From assembly GCA_030141605.1 (NCBI GenBank), contig JAQGDQ010000028.1:868001-932000 (forward strand): 64,000 nt of DNA, written 5' to 3'. This DNA comes from Tubiluchus corallicola (Eukaryota; Animalia; Priapulida). The position numbers were made by a program, and so were the translations under genes. This document shows, piece by piece, positions 10,404 to 20,523 of this stretch (position 1 is the first letter of the stretch; each line of letters begins with the position of its first letter). Under the pieces are notes generated by a model. The model saw only the letters and a list, made by a program, of their open reading frames with translations. It had not been told where the DNA came from and did not search any database.

Positions 10404-13400
10404 AAATTACTCGGGGGGGAGTAAACCCCTACCGGGCGCATCCCCCGGGTGGCGGATGGGGGACCCCTGGCTCACGAGCCAGGGTGCTCCGAATATTCAA
10501 ATAAGGAGCTGTGGACCAAATCCTTCAGGATAGACCTAGCAAGTCACTGAAGTATTTTTTGCTCAAGTAACTCATGGCGAACACAACTGAAACAACGGCC
10601 CCCAGTCCCCGGCAGCCCTTAAATGGGCAGGGGGTGCTAAGAATCTCCGGTGCCATGAATTCCAGGAGTAGAAAGGCAACTAAATTCAAAATTGCAATAA
10701 TTAACATTTCAACGATGAGAGGGAAGGAGGAAGAGGTGGTGGATATAATGAAAGACAGGAATCTCGCAATTGTTGGTCTCAGTGAGACCAGGATGAGGGG
10801 TAGTGGAGAAAAGATCCTGCATGAAAACTACAAACTGATTTACAGCGGACAGGATGATGGGAGGCACGGTGTTGGAGTAGTTCTTTCACCGGATCTGGCT
10901 CCCTATGTGGAGAAGGTTGATAGTGTCTCAGAGAGAATCATTGGTATTTCCATCAAGACAAAGACAGTGGCCTTTTCCTTAATTCAGGTTTATGCCCCGC
11001 AAAGTGGAAGACCATCCCAGGAAAAAGATCAATTTTACCAGGACCTACAAGATGTCACAGATACAGCAAGATTCAAAGAAAAATTAATAGTTTGTGGAGA
11101 CTTCAACGGACACATTGGATGTGTGAGAGATCACGTTGAAACAGTGGTGGGAGCGTTTAGTGTTGGCGACAGGAATGAGGAGGGAGGCAGGATAATTGAC
11201 TATGGTCTACTAAACGGGTTGGCTATAATGAATACCTTCTATAAACACCGAGATAGTCATAAATGGACGTACTACGGTTGGAACAGCGAAGCGCAGCAGT
11301 ACGTCAGCAAGTCGATGATAGATCTCTTTTTGACCCCAGACAAGCGAATATTCCAGAATGTGCGTGCTGTGCCATCGCTGTCTATGGACTCCACGCACAG
11401 AATGGTGATAGCAACACTGGCATGGAAAACAGAAAAGTTACCGAAAAAGAAGGGGAAACAGAGATTTAATATAGAAAAATTGAGAGACTCAGAAACTGCC
11501 GACACTATGAGAGAAGTTATAAACAACAAAATAGTGGAAGCTGAAAATAGAGACTGGGAAACATATAAAGAAATCGTTTCATCTGCCGCAGCAGATACAT
11601 TGGGCTCTAAAAAGTCGTATCAAGGAAGGAAGAAAACTACACCTTGGTGGACGGAAGCAGTAAAGAGTGCAGTTAAAGAGAAGATATTGAAAGATGGGAT
11701 GGTTCAGAAAGTGGATGAAGAGAAGAAGACCCGAAGATAGACGAGAATACGAACTAGCCAGGAATAGAGCTGGAAAAGTAAAGAAAGAAGAAAAGAATAG
11801 AGTATGGGAAAACATCGGAGAGGATTTGAAGGCTGACCATGCAGGAACAAAGAAATTGCTTTACTCAATGACAAAGAATTACAGAAGTAGTGCAAAAGAA
11901 CAAACCTACGCATTTAAAGATCAAAATGGACAATTGCTTGTGCAACCAGATGACATCGCTAACAGATGGAGAGAATACTTTGATGATTTGCTCAACGTAC
12001 GAGGAAGTGAAGAATTGGAAGTGGATGTGGACCTAGAGATCGACCCGAATGAACTCATCGAGGACATCACGGGAGCTGAGATCTCGGGGGCCATAACACG
12101 GATGAAGAGAGGTAAAGCAACAGGAGATGATGACCTCCCTGTAGAAGTTGTGAAGGAAGCTGGGGAGGAGGCGCAGAAGCTCCTGCTAACCATAATGCAG
12201 GACGCATACAGACAAGAAACTATACCACCAGAGTGGCAGAGAGGAGTCATCAACCCGATATTTAAAAAGGGAGATAAAGCTCTTTGTGAAAATTTTAGGG
12301 GCATTTCCCTATTGTCCCACTGTGGAAAGCTATACAGTAGTATAATCGAGAGGAGGCTTCGTACACATGTCGAGGCTAGATTGGGAGAATGGCAGTACGG
12401 ATTTCGACCAGGACGAAGTACATCAGATCTTGTGTTTGTGATGAAGATGATAATGGAGAAAAGCTGGGAGTGGGGAAGGGACAAATTTGCTCTCTTCATT
12501 GATATGGAGAAAGCTTTTGACCGTGTCCCAAGAAAGCTGCTTTGGAAGATTATGTCGGAGCCGCCGTATTCTGTTCCCAAAAAGCTGATAAGAGTTATCA
12601 AGAGCATCTATAGCAATAGTGTGAGTAAGGTAAGAAAAGGAGACGTGGAGACTGACTGGTTTAACATCGAAGCAGGTGTAAGACAAGGAGACGGGTTGTC
12701 CCCGCTCCTATATATCATATTCATGGACAAGTGCATCAGAGATACAAACCCACGACCAAACCAGCAAGTCCTCGCCTACGCGGACGACGTGGCGGTGATG
12801 GTGGACACCATACAAGAACTGCAGGGTGTGGCCAGTTCATGGTTATCAACAATGAATAATAATGGAATGAGCATAAACACGGCAAAGGGAAAGACTGAGT
12901 TCATGCACATAAGCCGTAGAAGAGAGGAATTTGATGTGTATATGGAAGACAGGAAGCTGCACCAGGCAAATTCCTATAAATACCTTGGGGTGGTTGTGGA
13001 TGAAGGAAATATTCAGAAAACGGAGTTGAGTGCGAGGATTGAGAAATATACAAGAAATTTTATGATGATGTATCCCCTATTGAAAGAGAAGTGCATACCC
13101 AAGCAAGTCAAGACAACTATATATAACACAATATTGAAACCAATACTAACATATGGAGCTGAATGTTGGTCACTTACAACGAAGACATCCTCAAGACTAC
13201 AGGCAGCGGAAATGAAAGTTCTTCGGACTATAAGGGGTGTAACAAGGATAGACAGACTCAGAAGTGAACAGATAAGGTCAGACCTCTAAGTGAAACCACT
13301 CTTGAGAGAGATTGAGGAGAGCAAGTTGAGGTGGTATGGGCATATTAAGCGGATGGACGACACGAGATTGGCAAAGAAATATCTTGAATGGAAGCCGCAA

Positions 13401-13598
13401 GGCAAAAGACCAGTGGGAAGGCCCCGGAAGAGATGGCTTGATGGAGTTGGAGAGGCGCTTGCGAGGAGAGGAACCCGACTGGTGGATGTGGAGGAGGAGA
13501 AGACGTATGAAGACAGAGACACCTGGAGAGACGTTATTAAGTGTTCGCCGGCTGACAGATGAAAATCTACCAGGAGGATGGTGAGAAAGGTGAGAAAG
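10404..13598 (+). mobile_element. Near full-length RTE-clade non-LTR retrotransposon in intron 2 of the Kunitz gene (antisense)
   Basis: APE endonuclease motifs (GLSETR, QVYAP, GDFNGH, SMIDL, DSTH) and RT motifs (FIDMEKAFDRVP, GVRQGDGLSP, YADD, YKYLG, LRWYGH). 3' tail (GGTGAGAAA)2. Perfect 14-bp TSD attttaagaaatta at 10390-10403 and 13599-13612. Confidence 0.95.
10574..13562 (+). pseudogene. RTE ORF (APE-RT), disrupted by a 10-bp insertion and one in-frame TAA
   Basis: ORF-track pieces 10574-11740, 11694-13289 and 13290-13562 join into one frame if 11681-11690 is removed and TAA 13287-13289 is read through. Confidence 0.9.
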
Positions 13599-14066
13599 AT
13601 TTTAAGAAATTATTAGTAAATTTTCATCAATCAGCAATTCATTGTGGTACATTTGCCAAAGTGGACCATTTGCATTTTATATTTTGGTGTATGTATGCTG
13701 TAGTTTAGACTATTAAAAAGCCAGCCTCATAATCACATTACCAGCTTAATTTTAAAAAAACTGTTTCAAGCTTCTCAACAGACAAGGTATTGAAATGCCC
13801 ATCTTTGCCATAGAAGCACAACTCCATGAATAATTTCAATAAAGACAAAAGGATTAAATGACCTGGCCTGTTTACTTGAAAAGTTTTGCTGATAATGGAT
13901 GAATGGCAGCTTTCTGAGCTTTGCGTGATTGTCGAATTCTACATCGTTGTTAAAAATAGGTTTTAAAAATATATCCACATTTTCTAATTTAATGTACCCG
14001 AACTTCGATTCCTGTAATGCAACAATTTTAAAATCTTTAGATATGTGACAATCAAAAACGGCTTAC

Positions 14067-14246
14067 CTGGATTGGATGTGTCAGTGCACATTCGTTCGCA
14101 CCGTTTTTTCCTCGTGAATAAGTAGCCTGATGCTACACATTTGCGGCCACCTCTCAGTCGTTCACATTTTCTCGTTTCGCGATTGTAATACCACATGCGA
14201 TCATAGTAACACTTGCCTGGTGTTCCGGTATTGCAATTTATTACTC
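14067..14246 (-). CDS. Kunitz-LDLa-Kunitz gene exon 2: atypical, basic Kunitz-like domain
   Basis: ctgttag acceptor and gtaagc donor, 180 nt, phase 1-1. VINCNTGTPGKCYYDRMWYYNRETRKCERLRGGRKCVASGYLFTRKKRCERMCTDTSNP has 6 Cys, WYYN and FxxxxxCxxxC. Confidence 0.85.
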
Positions 14247-14945
14247 CTAACAGAAAAACAATGCAAACAACAAGAATGACAAATTGATAATTAGTTATTC
14301 TATTTTTTTGTTACATTAAAATGTTAGTCTACTGGATTATTTAATGGCTAAATGATGGTTTGTAGTTAAATGTCAGGCCACCAGTCATTTAGATATGCTT
14401 GTCTCAGTTTAGTGCTGAGTTTTAGTGGTCATTTATTCGTTGCTACTTTGATCAATGGAACCGAACTCGGATTCAATAAACGTTTTGCTGGGCAAATTAT
14501 GCAATAACAAAAGCATTTGGAACTCAAGTGTTTTCTCTCCCCCACTCTTCCCTCTCTTTCTCCCCCTCCCCCTCCCCCTCTCTCTTTCTTGTTCCAAATG
14601 TCCTCTCTCCGGGAGATTCTGGGGCACGTATAGTTTCTAAAAAATTGAATTACACGCTCAGAAATGGTCAGAGAACCCTTGATACTAAGAGAAACATTTA
14701 GAATCTTATTAAAAAGCGACGTTCTGGCTGCTTAGATCCTGCTTCGTTTTCAGTTGTCCCGATCTTCTATAGGGATGGGAGAAACCTTAAACTTTGAACT
14801 TCAGTTGCACAAAGACTAAATACGAATTTAAAAAAAATAAATTTGTGATTAATACCTTGCACATTGTTTCTATATTTAAAAGAGTTATAATAATTCTACA
14901 GAATTGGCATAGCGGAGACCGTCGAAGATCACATCCGCTAGTAAC

Positions 14946-15680
14946 TTCTCACCAATCCGCCTGGTAGATATATTATATCTGTCAGCTCTTGAATCCCTGA
15001 GAAATCTTCTCCACTCTTGTCTGTCATCGTATTCATTCCACTTCCTCTCTAGATGTTCCTCTACTGAGAAGAGCTCTATCTACTCCCTCTATCCATCTTT
15101 TCCTCGGACGGCTGACTGGCCTCTCTCCCGGTGGTTGCCATAGTACTCAAGTACTTTTTCTGCCGTCCTTCCTCCTCCATCCGTATCACATGCCCATACC
15201 ATCTGAGTTTGTTCCTCTCAATCTCCTCCAGCAAAGACAATCTCCCCACATTCAACTCTTCTCTAATCTTGGTGTTTCTCATCCTGTCTCTCCGTGTGAC
15301 TCTCAAGATTAATCTCAGTACCCTCATCTCGGCTGCTGGTAGTCTGGACTCCGTCTTTGAAGTCAGTGACCAAACGTCGGAGCCACACAATAATATTGGC
15401 TTGAGGATACTCAGATAATTAGTTACTTTGCACTTCCTGGGGATGTGGCGGTCTCGTAGTAGCGGATAATTTACGTAGTATCTACATTACTATTGTATTT
15501 AGCGATGCAATTGATTATTTCATCTTCTTGTGTATTTCTTCTTGGTTCACCATGCGTTTCTGAAGCATAAGAGGTCTTTTACGCCAGTGGGTTGCTAGCC
15601 CTATCCTGAAAACCCTCCCCATTTACCCGTGCTTGGGACCGGCACTGAGTTCAGCTGGATTGCTGCCCCAGTGGCTGGGT
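14946..15680 (-). mobile_element. Internally deleted (bipartite) RTE derivative with TSD
   Basis: RT C-terminal remnant (SLTSKTESRLPAAEMRVLRLI...LRWYGHV). Its 3' end ctgacagat..tctaccagg.ggat.ggtgagaa matches the 3' end of the 10404-13598 element. RTE-type 5' segment at ~15580-15680. TSD tccgctagtaac (14934-14945) and tccgcaagtaac (15681-15692). Confidence 0.85.
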
Positions 15681-15845
15681 TCCGCAAGTAACATCAAATT
15701 GAAAACAGCCGTGCAAAGCCCTAAAAAGCGAACCTTAAACTAAATATCCGGTGTGCCCGGATGCCTGCCCAATCTTAACATAATTATGATATCAAAGTGT
15801 TGCAGACGTACTTACTTTCTTTTTTTAATTTTGCGCGTAGCTTAC

Positions 15846-15909
15846 CTGTAATTCCTTTCAGTAAACTGACAAAAGCAGCTATCACCAATAAACACACGCA
15901 AGTCTTCAT
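15846..15909 (-). CDS. Kunitz-LDLa-Kunitz gene exon 1: signal peptide
   Basis: ATG at 15909-15907. MKTCVCLLVIAAFVSLLKGIT(G) is hydrophobic. CAG|GTAAG donor, phase 1, compatible with exon 2. Confidence 0.8.
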
Positions 15910-16068
15910 CTTGCTTTTACTTTAACTTGTGATATCTCTCAGTTTTTGTTCTAATACGCACGTTCCAAACTTGAAAAGTTTGTCGTAGAAATTGACGTAA
16001 GAACAATCTAAACATTGGATTTAGTGTTTGCGTCACTCAACTCACTAGTTCTGTTGCTGCAGTAACTG

Positions 16069-16074
16069 TTTATA
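16069..16074 (-). promoter_or_regulatory. Putative TATA box of the Kunitz gene
   Basis: TATAAA on the minus strand ~160 bp upstream of the ATG. Confidence 0.4.
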
Positions 16075-16139
16075 CTTATACCCCGTCATGATTTAAAGGG
16101 GTCCAGCGAGTAACACTCATAAAAACCGCATATTTTTCC

Positions 16140-16228
16140 ACAAAGTAATTGTCAAATACGGGGTTGGTTGGTGCGACATTCACCATAGCAGGGAAATTAT
16201 TCCATTCATTCACTACTCTCACAGTTAA
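16140..16228 (-). mobile_element. CR1-clade LINE, 3'-terminal fragment
   Basis: Translates TVRVVNEWNNFPAMVNVAPT, the CR1 C-terminal motif. It continues the piece at 17402-17870. Confidence 0.7.
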
Positions 16229-17401
16229 AAAAGCGCAGTCAATGCGAACAAAGATGACTAGAAAGAAAAGAATTCCCCCACTTAAAGAAAAAATAGCAAA
16301 GGAGAAATTGGAGAAACACAAAGCTATAAATACCTTGGTGAATGGCTAAATGAGGAAAACACTTATAAGACGTTAATTGAAAAGCGAAAAGAGCAGAACA
16401 AATTCAAAATTAGCTATATTAACTCCTTGGGAAATATTAGTGATGTAGGAATAATGTCAGTAGAAATAAAACTAAAATTTTATGAATCACTTGAAATACC
16501 ATCTTTAATTTTTAATTCTGAAACTTAGACAAACATGAAAAGTAATGAGTATGAAGAATTGGAGAGTATTCAAGGTAAGTCAATAAGAATTATGTTGGGA
16601 ATGGATAAAACTACAAGTTACTGGGGGTGTTCCGAATTCGGCCAAATATCAGAATTCGGAATTTCGCCAATTGAAGAACGTATTTGGTACAAAAAATTTA
16701 TGTTTTATAGAACTCTTTTAATATCAGGAAGTGAAAGGTTAGCCAGCAAAGTTATAGCACAGCAGATGAAATACAGGCATGATGATAACTGGTATAGTGA
16801 AATTGAAAAAACGGCAAACCATTATGGAATTAATATTGACAAGGAATATGTGAAAAACTAAAAGAAATCACAGTGTAAAAATACATAAAATTTAAAATAA
16901 CATCTGCGATACAAGACAAATGCAGTGAAAATATGAATATGAGGTCAAAATTAAGATTTTTGGAAAGTAATAAATTGGAACAGGATTATTTTACAAAATT
17001 CAGTCATGCAGAAGCTAAAAATATTTTGGATTTAAGACTTAATATGGTCAAAGTAAAAGCAAATTTTAAGGGTTCATTTATAAGAAATTTAATATGTCCC
17101 GTGTGTGACAGTGAATTAGACACAACATAACATTTATTTACTTGTAGCAAATATAAAAGAATTAGAGAAAATCTAGGTAAAGTCTCAACAGAGGATGTTA
17201 AAAGCTGTTGTAGTGAAAATTTGTTGAAAGCACCCAAATATGTCAATGATTGTTTGTTTTATAGGAAAACCATTTTGAAGGAAGTTGGTGAGGTAAATTT
17301 TGAAGAACAATAAAGGTGCTGCAGTGTTGAAGAACCCCTGCAATCTATTTCATCATTTGCCCATACAAGTGGAGAGGGGTGAGAGAAACCACAAGAAACC
17401 T
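16229..17401 (+). mobile_element. Decayed 5'-truncated LINE (RT C-terminus plus Zn-finger), nested in CR1
   Basis: YKYLG, IPSLIFNSET*, ELESIQGKSIRIMLG, EFGISPIEERI and CPVCDSELDTT*HLFTC, with multiple stops. Confidence 0.75.
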
Positions 17402-17870
17402 CAGTAAATGAATACTTACGAATGTCGAAACGCGACCGCTCTTCAAGTTTTAGAATCAACAACCAAGTTAAAGAAGTTCTCAGGCAAATTTTTTTTCCTA
17501 GACAATATTTTATAAACCTCAATAAGACCTTCAAGGTGTCTTCTTATGTCAAATTAGTCAAATTGCAATACTTCAATCTTTTTAAATATGTCAGATTTTT
17601 ACAACCAAATATTATTCTTGTAGTACGTCTTTGCACTCCTTCCATAAGCAATAATGGTCTTTTTGATAATGGGGATTCCGAAGCTGCACGCAGTATTCTA
17701 GGTGAGGCCTAACCAATTCAACGTATAATCTCAAAATAATTTCTTTTTTTCTAGAAATGATGTGCCTCTTTATCATTCACAAGATTTTATTGCTTTTTTA
17801 ACAAAGGAAACGCAGTGCTGGAAAAGTTTAAACTGATTCAGCAATCAACAAGTTAGTCAGTATTAAATAT
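17402..17870 (-). mobile_element. CR1-clade LINE RT C-terminal fragment
   Basis: VRPHLEYCVQL, EGVQRRTTRII, LIEVYKI and RSRFDIRKYSFT on the minus strand. Confidence 0.8.
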
Positions 17871-18350
17871 TAAGTTTAGCAAGTTAAAATAAATATTTTT
17901 TTCTGTCCATCTAAAATTTACACACCTGGTGAAGTGCAACAAACAAACTTTTCGCAATCACAAAGTATTCAAAATAAAAGCAACTACACACGCACACATT
18001 GAACAATGGCAATGGACGTCACTGCTTACTCTAAAAGCACACTTCGCTGTTAAAGTACGCAACAGTACGGTACAGTACGCAGTCTATTCGGTCACGTGGT
18101 TTGGTGTACTACTGTACAAAAACAATGAAACACACGGCATTTAAATCTACAGAATAAGCTCACTGATGGCGAGAATTACATCAAGCCGTGTTATGAAACG
18201 AATCTAACCTTCGATGGAGGAATTCACTGATCGATGCAGCGAATAGAATAGAATATTTATTTATTATTCATCTTCACTGCAGAAGTAACAAAACACAAAT
18301 AACATACAAATGGGCTGCTGAAAAGACCGATGGTCACCAAGTCAACCACC

Positions 18351-19158
18351 CAACATGGAGTTGTCAAAAACAAAAAGAAGGGTTCGCGGTAAAAATGGCG
18401 ACTGGAAAAAATGGCACGGTAAAAATGGCACAGGAAAAATTGGCACAAAAAATGGCACAGGAAACTAGGTAGGAAGTCAGGAGCCCTGCTGCTTTATGCC
18501 ACAGAAATAATTCTCAATCTTTTGAAGTGATTGTGTACTTTGAAGAGCCACCAGTGTTTGTTGAACTCTGAAAGCGCTATCTTTTGTTTTTTTGTTTTTG
18601 ATAACTTGACCATGTTCAACTAGGTTACAGAGAGCGTTACACAATTGCCCAAGCGAAAATTTCTTGAAATAGAATCTGGAATAAACTCGTAGTTGTTTGT
18701 CGTGGTGATGATAATAAAAAATAAGTACTAAACACTCCCTCTGAGACCTTTACGAAGTGCTTGGCACCTTATACTCGCCCTTCTTCACAAAGTCTCTTGG
18801 AAATCGGTTAGGTGGATTTTGTGCAATAGGCTTAGTGATATAACAGACAATCAAACAAACAGTGTTGAAGCAGAATTGTCAGAGATAAAATAACTAAAAT
18901 AATTTTCCCGCAGAGTAACCGTAACCCTAAACTCATATTATGCTACGTGCGTCATTTTTTCCTGAACCATTTTTACTTACTTTTCCATTTGTGCCATTTT
19001 CCTGTGCCATTTTTACCGTGCCATTTTTCCCCGTGTCATTTTTTCCCGTGCAATTTTTTCCTGTGTCAAAAACAAAACATGGTGGAAAATGGCACAGGTA
19101 CCATTTTACCTGTGCCATTTTCCCCATTTTTTTTGTTTTTGACAACTTGTCCATGTTC
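18351..19158. mobile_element. Foldback/MITE-like element with inverted arrays of ~15-bp subterminal repeats
   Basis: Termini aacatgga.gttgtcaaaaacaaaaa and tttttgtttttgacaact..ccatgtt. (GGTAAAAATGGCACA)-like repeats at 18388-18462 and their reverse complements at 18945-19125. Confidence 0.7.
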
Positions 19159-19394
19159 AGCCAAGCCACGAAATATGTTCGCATAAGTAACAAACTAGGC
19201 CTACTTGTATAATTGGCCAAAACGTTTGCTATTGAGCCAGTAAGTATTATCTCACCAACGACCTCGAAATGATTACTATAGTAATGTTTCCATATTCGTT
19301 TAGTTCATTTAGTTACTTACACTCGCTCTTTGATCATTCATGTATTCGTTCGTTCGCACATTTGCTTGTTAATTTATACGCTAATTCACGTTGT

Positions 19395-20230
19395 TGTCTG
19401 ACTGATTAAATTTATTTTGATTGATTAATGAATTTATTGGCTGGTTGGTTTGTTGGTTAATTGGTCGATCGATTGGTTGGGAGTGAATGGTTTGTTTACC
19501 TGCTTGCTGCCTGCCTGACTGGTTTCTGGTTGGTTGGTTGGTTAATTGATTAATTGATTTATTGATTGACTAGTTGATTGCTAGATTGATTGGTTTATTA
19601 ATTGATTAATTGATTGACTGACTAACTGACTGACTGATTGACTGGTTTTTTGGTTGGTGAATTGATTAATCGACTGATTGTTGATTGAATGATTGATTTG
19701 ATTTATTGATATGTGATTGATGGATTAATTAGTTAATTGACCAATTGACTGGTTGACCGGCTTATTGACTGACTTCGTTTTTTATTGGTTTGTCAGTTGG
19801 TCAGTCAGTCAATTGGTTGTTGTTTGGTTGCTTGGTTGGTTTGCTGATTAATTCATTGGTCGATTGATTTTCAACCTGAGAAACCAACTGACCGTTGACT
19901 GATTAATTGATTTATTGATTGATTGACTAACTAACTGACTTGTTGGTTTCTTGGTTGATTGGCTAGTTGGTTGATTGGTTTGGTGATTGATTCATTGGCC
20001 CACAGATCAATTGGCTGATCAACCAACCAACAGACCGTTTGACTGATTGATTGATTCACGGATTGATTGACTGATTAATTAATTGACAATTGATTAATTC
20101 GTTCTTTGACTGACTGATTGATAGAGTGTATGAGTGATGGTTGATTGAGTGACCAGTCGACCAAGCAATCAGCGTTACTAATCAGTCAATTGATTGGCTT
20201 ACTAACTGAATGATCAATCAATCAAGAAAT
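19395..20230. repeat. Degenerate tetranucleotide tract (GATT/GGTT/GACT)n
   Basis: Visible 4-bp periodicity throughout. Confidence 0.85.
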
Positions 20231-20236
20231 TAGGCA

Positions 20237-20523
20237 TCAATCGACTAGCTTACTGATAATTACCAGCCAAAGTAAGCAACCAAGTATCAATCGGCTAGTT
20301 TACAGATGATTACCTACCAAAGCAAACAACCAGATATCAGTCGACTAACTTACTGATACTTACCTGCCAAAGGAGGCAACCAGGTATCAATCGACTAACT
20401 TACTGATACTTACCTACCAAAGGAGGCAACAAGGTATCAATCGACTAACTTACTGATACCTACCTACCAAAGCAAACAGCCAGGTATCAGTCGTTTAGCT
20501 TATTAATAATTACCTGTCCAAAG
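20237..20523. repeat. 50-bp minisatellite, ~5.7 copies
   Basis: Units start at 20237, 20287, 20337, 20387, 20437 and 20487. Consensus tcaatcgactaacttactgatacttacctaccaaagcaagcaaccaggta. Confidence 0.9.

Noticed and set aside
11921-12607. 228-aa antisense ORF
   Set aside because: Shadow of the RTE RT coding strand.
20237-20523. Regularly spaced repeats suggesting a CRISPR array or U1 snRNA genes
   Set aside because: Eukaryotic context, no unique spacers and no cas genes; the U1 similarity is limited to ~11 nt.
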